Assembly (NCBI GenBank): GCA_039586365.1
Contig: JBDHKN010000052.1
Location: 1-33,514 of the forward strand
Direction: 5' to 3'
Origin: Gemmatimonadota bacterium
GTDB taxonomy: Bacteria; Gemmatimonadota; Gemmatimonadetes; Gemmatimonadales; GWC2-71-9
DNA: 33,514 bases
The notes beneath the pieces are model-generated. The model had not been told where the DNA came from, ran no database searches, and saw nothing but the letters and a program-made list of their open reading frames with translations. The number at the start of each line of letters is the position of its first letter. The stretch's first letter is position 1. A program made the position numbers and the translations under genes. Positions 28,426 to 33,514 of this stretch are shown here, piece by piece.

Positions 28426-28968
28426 TCAGTGCTCACTGCCCCCCGCACCACGCTTGTTATCACCAAACCACACCAGCCACTTCTCGATCTGTCTTGCATG
28501 CAGCGAGCAATGGACGTAGTGAAACCGCACCCACTCCGGAAGATTGAGGTCCCCGATCACCGGATGATTCAAGAACGTCTCGAGCTGCTTCTTTTCGGGC
28601 CACTGCTCGACCAGCTGACGTGTTCGCTCCACCGCCATTCTGAATCGTGCCGCGGCTAGCTCAGCGTCTGGATCATCGCTTGGCCTTGAAACGTCCGGAG
28701 CTCGCATCCCCTTGGGGAATTCACCTGCTCCCAGAAGTGTGTGCCGCATGACAGACTGAGCTGGAGTAGCGTTTCGCTCCATGCCACCCTCGCCCGCAAG
28801 CTGCTCGAACTCCTCGGCCACTATGTCCATCGTGATCGCCAGGTGCTCGACTATCTGTGCCAGGCTCCACTTGCCCTCGGGCGCCCACCTCCAGTCCCCA
28901 CTGTCGATACCGTGGATCGAGTTGAACACGATTGGCTCGAGCCGAGACAGCTGATGTGTGACCTTCAC
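28426..28968 (-). CDS. DinB family protein
   Basis: P.GKWS.AQIVEHL, HP..G, H...H..QI His triad; GTGA overlap with the RidA stop. Confidence 0.85.
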   Translation of the reverse strand: MKVTHQLSRLEPIVFNSIHGIDSGDWRWAPEGKWSLAQIVEHLAITMDIVAEEFEQLAGEGGMERNATPAQSVMRHTLLGAGEFPKGMRAPDVSRPSDDPDAELAAARFRMAVERTRQLVEQWPEKKQLETFLNHPVIGDLNLPEWVRFHYVHCSLHARQIEKWLVWFGDNKRGAGGSEH

Positions 28969-29408
28969 TGCCCCACCAGGGCAATGCACTCAATCTCAAC
29001 TTGCGCTCCCAACGCTAATCCACTCCCCGCGACAGTGGAGCGGGCGGGTGGCTCCTCCTGGAAGTACGACGCGTAGACTTCATTCATAGCGGCATAGTCG
29101 TTTATGTCCTGCAAGAACACCGTGCACTTGACAACACGATCCAACGAGCTGCCCGCATAATCGAGAACTTGCTTGATGTTCTCCAAGGTCTGCTTTGTCT
29201 CGGCCGCCACGCCACCTGGAGCAAGTTCACGGGTACCAGGTATCGCACCGACCTGCCCGGAAAGATAGATCATGTTACCGACGCGGACGGCACTGGAGAA
29301 CGGCAAGCCCTCGAGAGAACCGGGCATCTGAATTGTCTCTTTCTCCTGCGCTACGAGCGTGGCTGGCAGGAGTAGCCAACACAGTGAGAGCAGTGTGCCC
29401 ACCCGCAT
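28965..29408 (-). CDS. RidA/YjgF/UK114 family protein with N-terminal signal peptide
   Basis: PFSSAVRVG..IYLSGQ, VVKCTVFL.D..DY.AMN.VY..YF, PARST, VEIECIA; GGAGG RBS upstream of ATG 29408. Confidence 0.92.
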   Translation of the reverse strand: MRVGTLLSLCWLLLPATLVAQEKETIQMPGSLEGLPFSSAVRVGNMIYLSGQVGAIPGTRELAPGGVAAETKQTLENIKQVLDYAGSSLDRVVKCTVFLQDINDYAAMNEVYASYFQEEPPARSTVAGSGLALGAQVEIECIALVGQ

Positions 29409-29529
29409 AGTTCGACCTCCTACGCGCTTGAATGGCGAGTGTTGTCCGTCACCCTGAATTGAACTCTCTTATCGAACCTCTGACGTGATCCGTGGTAAAC
29501 GGTCCGGTGGTTACTAATATACCACTGGT

Positions 29530-29757
29530 TCAACTTAACCCTTTAGGGTATCGTGGAGCCTCAGCCACCCGGAGTTCTGTGCCCGAGGATCGCTCGTGTC
29601 CCGGACATTCGAGCACGGGTAGCGTCGGGTACTTGGGGTATTGCGCGTCTTCTCTTGATCTAGAACAGAGCCAGAAGACTGACCCGCTCTTGCTGGACAC
29701 CACTTGCGTGTATGCGCAGGTTGCGCACAGCCCAACCGATATGTCGTGATCACCCAT
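29530..29757 (-). CDS. Small four-Cys hypothetical protein
   Basis: GLCATC...GSVFWLC...YPKYPTLPVLECPG; fits the gap between genes; start uncertain. Confidence 0.65.
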   Translation of the reverse strand: MGDHDISVGLCATCAYTQVVSSKSGSVFWLCSRSREDAQYPKYPTLPVLECPGHERSSGTELRVAEAPRYPKGLS

Positions 29758-29814
29758 TACAGATCCAAAGCTGGTGTCGCGCCTCGTCGCACGCAACGTT
29801 AGATTCTGCCGACT

Positions 29815-30075
29815 ATGGCCAACATGACTTGTACACGCTGCGGAAAATCAGGAGAACAGCTCGCTCACCCCCCACTTCCCACCGAGCTGGGTGACCGAAT
29901 TTACGACTCGATCTGTCAGGAGTGCTGGACAGAATGGCTCGGACAGCAGACGGCGATAATCAACCACTACGGCCTCAACCTGCGTGATCCTCAGGCCCGC
30001 GAGTTTCTCACACAGCAAACTGAAGGATTCCTTTTCTCACCCGGGCCGTCGCCTGGATCCACCAACGACACCTAA
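29815..30075 (+). CDS. Fe(II)-trafficking / oxidative-damage protection protein (YggX-like)
   Basis: P.P.ELG.RIY..I...W..W...QT.IIN...L...DP.AR.FL pattern; 86 aa. Confidence 0.85.
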   Translation: MANMTCTRCGKSGEQLAHPPLPTELGDRIYDSICQECWTEWLGQQTAIINHYGLNLRDPQAREFLTQQTEGFLFSPGPSPGSTNDT

Positions 30076-30142
30076 CTAGGGTCCATCTGGTAGCTGGAGA
30101 CTCCTCGCCCTTCTTGCAGACCGCTCCGGAGGTATTGGTACA

Positions 30143-30463
30143 GTGCGAGAATACCATCACGTCGGCATCCCTACTGACGTTGAACGAGACGGTGAGACTT
30201 ACCTAGAGCAGTTCAAGGTGTTCGTCTCCGGTTACGACACGAGCCCCTACGGCGTCGAATGGATGCGGTTCGAGCCCGATTGCCCGCTACCAGATCTTGT
30301 CAAACAGGTTCCCCACGTCGCCTTCAAGGTCGACGACCTCGAGGCGGAACTCCGGGGAAAGGATGTGTTGATCGAGCCAAACAGCCCGTCGGAGGGTGTC
30401 CGCGTCGCCTTCATCGTTGAGAACGGAGCGCCGATTGAATTCTTGGAGTTCGTCGACGTGTGA
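30143..30463 (+). CDS. Small VOC/glyoxalase-like protein
   Basis: YHHVGIPT, PHVAFKVDDL, VAFI...GAPIEFLE; GGAGG RBS. Confidence 0.8.
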   Translation: MREYHHVGIPTDVERDGETYLEQFKVFVSGYDTSPYGVEWMRFEPDCPLPDLVKQVPHVAFKVDDLEAELRGKDVLIEPNSPSEGVRVAFIVENGAPIEFLEFVDV

Positions 30464-30583
30464 TGTCGTTGTAGCGACTCAGAGACCGTGCTCCCGTTGC
30501 CGCACAATCGAAGCCGCGGGCAATTGACCCGGGGCCCGCGAGAGCACACCGCCGCGACTGTGTTGGTCGCACGCATACCTGTT

Positions 30584-31129
30584 TCAGGTCCTCAGGTTTT
30601 CGATGTCCGTGGCGGCTTGCTCCAGGATTTTCACCAATTCCTCGATCTTCCCTTCCGCGTCCCGCAATCTCCAAGTAGTCCGGTATACCTGGCCCACGAG
30701 CTTGCCAACTTGCCTGGTAACCTCCGGCATCGGATCGGTGAGCAGACTGTCGATCATCTCCTCGACGCGGTCGAAAATGTCTTCAACCGTGCCTTTGTGT
30801 TCTTCCAGGAACTCAAGCCCGGAGTCAGTGATCGAGTAGACCTTCTTTCCCTCGACCTCCTCACCCTTCACCAGTCCTTCGTCCTCCAGCCACTGCAGTG
30901 TCGGATAGACAGTGCCCGGAGATGGTTTGTAGCACCCTCGGGTGTGCTCCTCCAATTCCTTCATCACTTCGTATCCGTGCATCGGCTTGTCCTTCAGCAG
31001 CCGGAGAATGACATACTTCATGTCCCCAGGCTCGAACCACTGCCTGCGCCGCCGTCCAGACCTTCGCTTCCCACCACCCATCCACCACTCCCATGGTCCA
31101 GACCCGAAGAACCAGTCGCGGTCTCGCAT
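30584..31129 (-). CDS. PadR family transcriptional regulator
   Basis: GD.KYVIL.LL...PMHGYEVMK.LE, Y.PSPGTVYPTL..LEDEGL, KKVYSITD.G. Start ATG 31129 after GGAGG. Confidence 0.93.
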   Translation of the reverse strand: MRDRDWFFGSGPWEWWMGGGKRRSGRRRRQWFEPGDMKYVILRLLKDKPMHGYEVMKELEEHTRGCYKPSPGTVYPTLQWLEDEGLVKGEEVEGKKVYSITDSGLEFLEEHKGTVEDIFDRVEEMIDSLLTDPMPEVTRQVGKLVGQVYRTTWRLRDAEGKIEELVKILEQAATDIENLRT

Positions 31130-31181
31130 GCTAACCTCCACGATAGCTCAAGATAGCTCGTTACGATATTACTGCCGATAT

Positions 31182-31210
31182 ATCTTATAACGTGGACATA
31201 AACTTGTCAA
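31182..31210 (-). promoter_or_regulatory. Sigma70-type promoter of the PadR gene
   Basis: Minus strand TTGACA (31210-31205), 17-nt spacer, TAAGAT (31187-31182), in a locally AT-rich patch. The palindrome GATATATC (31177-31184) overlaps the -10. Confidence 0.75.
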
Positions 31211-31295
31211 TACGTCAACCCCCAAGAAAAGCGAGGAGTGACCTGGTTGCAGGCACAGGCTTGAGATGCCGCTTTTCCGCTGTCTTAGGCGGTGG

Positions 31296-31709
31296 TCACC
31301 CTCCCAAGCTCAGTGGCCACTCAGATCCGCCGTAGAACGCGATGAACAGACCAGCCCCAGCCAGTGCCAGCACTTTGAAGAAATGAGCCATCTCGTCCTG
31401 CCGCTTGCTGGGATCATCCACTGTCCAGAAGGGATGGAGCGCCCAACCGGCCGGAAACAGAACGAGAAAAACGAGTCCTGCACCGATGAACCTGTGCCAG
31501 CCCAGCAGAATGAAGACGCCACCAACGAGCAGCATGAGGCCGGTCACCACGGACACCGGTTTGGGTCCCGGTACACCTTTGCTCTGAATGTACGCGGGCA
31601 CGTCTGCACCGAAGAGATGTCGCAACCCGAATACGATGCAGAACAGCGAGAACAAGACTCTCGCAACTATATGCATCCAAGGATACACCACGTAGAACGA
31701 GTCAGGCAT
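31296..31709 (-). CDS. DoxX family membrane protein
   Basis: ARVLFS.F....G..H, KGVP.P, H.FW, HFFK.LALAG; four TM segments. Start ATG 31709 after GGAG. Confidence 0.88.
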   Translation of the reverse strand: MPDSFYVVYPWMHIVARVLFSLFCIVFGLRHLFGADVPAYIQSKGVPGPKPVSVVTGLMLLVGGVFILLGWHRFIGAGLVFLVLFPAGWALHPFWTVDDPSKRQDEMAHFFKVLALAGAGLFIAFYGGSEWPLSLGG

Positions 31710-31798
31710 TTGGACTCCCGACGGATTTTGTATTATGCCGCATCGATTGATCGACCCCATCATGGGCCACGGAGTCCGGGTTGGCAAGTTCACGAGGA

Positions 31799-33513
31799 AT
31801 CGGGATAGGGGCTAGCCGGTGATCCCGGCTAGTCCCCTCCCACACCACCGGACATGCGGGTCCGCATCCGGCGGTTCAGTGAGTTGAGGTTTGTGCAGCC
31901 AGCCGAGGCACTCCGAGCCGCTCGAAGTAAGTCCCCGGCAGAGCCGTGTGCATCGCGCCGAGAGCCGCCGCGTACCACCAGCGTCGGGCATGTCCGGCTC
32001 CCTTTTGCGCCAGCCACTCAGGAAGTCCCCGAGCGCGTAGTTCGCGCAGAGTTGCACGGCCACGCTTCCACTGTTTCAGCTGCATAGCTCTCAGACGACG
32101 GTGGATCCACCCTTCGAGGTCCGCGAAGATCTCCGGTGTGTCCGCCAGCTTGAAGTATTCCCTCCAGCCGCGCAGGTACGCTCCCAGTTCTCTCGCAACC
32201 TGTTCCGTACTCCGCCCGCCGTTCCGGCGCGTAATGCTCCGGACGCGCTGCTTCATCTCTCCAAGGGCTTTGGCTGCGACCCGGAGTTTAACCACCCGTC
32301 CCTTGGCCACCCAGAAGCTGTAGCCCAGGAACTTCCGGTCCCACACCCGCGCCACCGCACTCTTCTCCTCGTTGACCCGCAGCCGGAGTTTCGCATACTT
32401 CTCCCGCAAGGCGGCTAGCACCCGCTCACCTGCTCGCCTCGACCGCATGTACACATTACAGTCATCGGCGTAGCGCACGAAGCAGTGCCCGCGTCGCTCC
32501 AGCTCCTTGTCAACTTCGTCGAGAAGCACGTTGGCCAACAACGGCGAGAGTGGCCCGCCTTGCGGCGTGCCCTCATGCCGCTCCACCACCACACCGTCGG
32601 CCATGATACCGGCCTCCAGATAGCGGCGGATAATCCGAAGCACCCGCCGATCCCCAATCCGATTCTGTAGCTTGCCCATGAGCACATCGTGGTTCACGCG
32701 GTCGAAAAACCTCTCGAGGTCCACGTCCACCACCCAGCGTCTCCCGTCCTGGACATACTGTTGTGCCTCACGCACAGCATCGTGCGCTCGGCGTCCCGGC
32801 CGAAATCCGTGGCTGTGCTCCGAGAACGTCGGATCAAACATCGGCTGCAGCACCTGCAACAGCAGCTGCTGGACGAAACGGTCGAGCACCGTCGGAATAC
32901 CTAAATGCCGCATCCCGCCACCGCTCTTGGGAATCAGCTGTTGCTTCACCGCACTGGGCCGGTAGCTCCCCGCAAGCAGCTGCCCACGGATCGCTTGCCA
33001 ATGCTCACTCAAGTGCCGCTCCAACTCCTCCACCGTCATGCCGTCTATACCCGGACTGCCCTTGTTACGCCGCACCAGTTGACTGGACTTCTGGTGCATG
33101 GCCTTCCCACGGCTCACGGACGACTCGCTCTCCTCTCTGTTCAGCCCTTCGCCACATACCGCTGCACTGCGCGGACATGACTACTTCGGCCTCTGCTGAC
33201 TTCTCGCTCCGGTGCGGCACCGTCGCCCTTTCAAGCGCAAAGCGAGATCTCCCCAGGTAAGAACCATGACCTTCTCCGCACAGCCGCCGGATTTACACAG
33301 CCTGAGCCTTGGTCGTGAGAGCTTCGCGGTTTGCTGCCCGCTCGCCCTGCTCGACAGTGCCTCCTATCCGGTTCCTCTTCGTCGACTCACGGATTCGCTA
33401 CCCGCTTCTTTCAGCGGTCCCCTCACGGTCGCCGCCTTGCGGTTCACTTGGGTCGCTACGACCAGCTCCCCGAGGGACTCTCACCCCCAAGCCATCATTC
33501 ATGCTGGGCACAC
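31799..33513 (-). mobile_element. Group II intron, bacterial class C (IIC), 1715 nt
   Basis: 5' end GTGTGCCCAGCATG (GUGYG at 33513); conserved CTTACCTGGGGAGATCT, GAAGTCAGCAGAGGCC and GAAGGGCTGAAC motifs; short DV GAACCGCCGGATGCGGACCCGCATGTCCGGTGGT with CGC triad; DVI stem with bulged A (31806); 3' end ...CCCGAT. Confidence 0.93.
31876..33117 (-). CDS. ltrA: Group II intron reverse transcriptase/maturase (no endonuclease domain; N-terminus appears shortened)
   Basis: NKGSPGIDG, IPK..GG.R.LGIPTVLDR, SHGFRPGR, VDVDLERFFD, GTPQGGPLSPLLAN, RYADD, FLGYSF, X domain RGW.EYF. The stop codon overlaps the start of DV. Confidence 0.95.
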   Translation of the reverse strand: MSRGKAMHQKSSQLVRRNKGSPGIDGMTVEELERHLSEHWQAIRGQLLAGSYRPSAVKQQLIPKSGGGMRHLGIPTVLDRFVQQLLLQVLQPMFDPTFSEHSHGFRPGRRAHDAVREAQQYVQDGRRWVVDVDLERFFDRVNHDVLMGKLQNRIGDRRVLRIIRRYLEAGIMADGVVVERHEGTPQGGPLSPLLANVLLDEVDKELERRGHCFVRYADDCNVYMRSRRAGERVLAALREKYAKLRLRVNEEKSAVARVWDRKFLGYSFWVAKGRVVKLRVAAKALGEMKQRVRSITRRNGGRSTEQVARELGAYLRGWREYFKLADTPEIFADLEGWIHRRLRAMQLKQWKRGRATLRELRARGLPEWLAQKGAGHARRWWYAAALGAMHTALPGTYFERLGVPRLAAQTSTH

Positions 33514-33514
33514 A

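Noticed and set aside
30488..31156. 222-aa plus-strand ORF
   Set aside because: Antisense shadow of the well-supported PadR gene, with no recognisable motifs.
31710..31799. attC site or integron cassette at the intron target
   Set aside because: The 3' flank lacks RYYYAAC/GTTRRRY boxes, and there is no integrase or cassette array in the window.
31876..33117. RT as a DGR, retron or defence RT
   Set aside because: It is enclosed by canonical group IIC RNA boundaries, DV and DVI, and has a maturase X domain. No TR/VR pair or msr/msd was seen.
1..33514. CRISPR arrays, tRNA/rRNA genes, IS elements, prophage genes
   Set aside because: By eye I found no regularly spaced repeats, cloverleaf or T-loop signatures, transposase ORFs or phage ORFs.

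Overview
GC-rich, gene-dense bacterial chromosomal segment. Gene content and style suggest Gemmatimonadota (inference, not verified). Left to right: two tandem secreted DUF2911 paralogues; a four-gene type IV minor-pilin cassette (FimT/U-, PilV-, PilW-, PilX-like); a SCO / PCu(A)C / CtaG copper-delivery triplet; a peptide-utilisation neighbourhood (stand-alone PqqD/RRE protein, OPT transporter, PepD, M42, M28-PDZ peptidase, alpha/beta hydrolase); nth; an ArnT-like GT-C / AsnB-like amidotransferase / HD protein run; ECF sigma, putative anti-sigma, LTxxQ protein, TolC and a MacAB-type exporter; thrB, DinB and a signal-peptide-bearing RidA; small Cys-rich proteins including a four-Cys YggX-like protein; PadR with a near-consensus sigma70 promoter; DoxX. 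The window ends with a class IIC group II intron on the minus strand (31799-33513). Both RNA boundaries are present, but its RT/maturase appears to lack the start of RT0. The best candidate for an undescribed system is the OPT + orphan RRE + multi-peptidase locus. All family calls come from motifs read by eye; no database searches were run.
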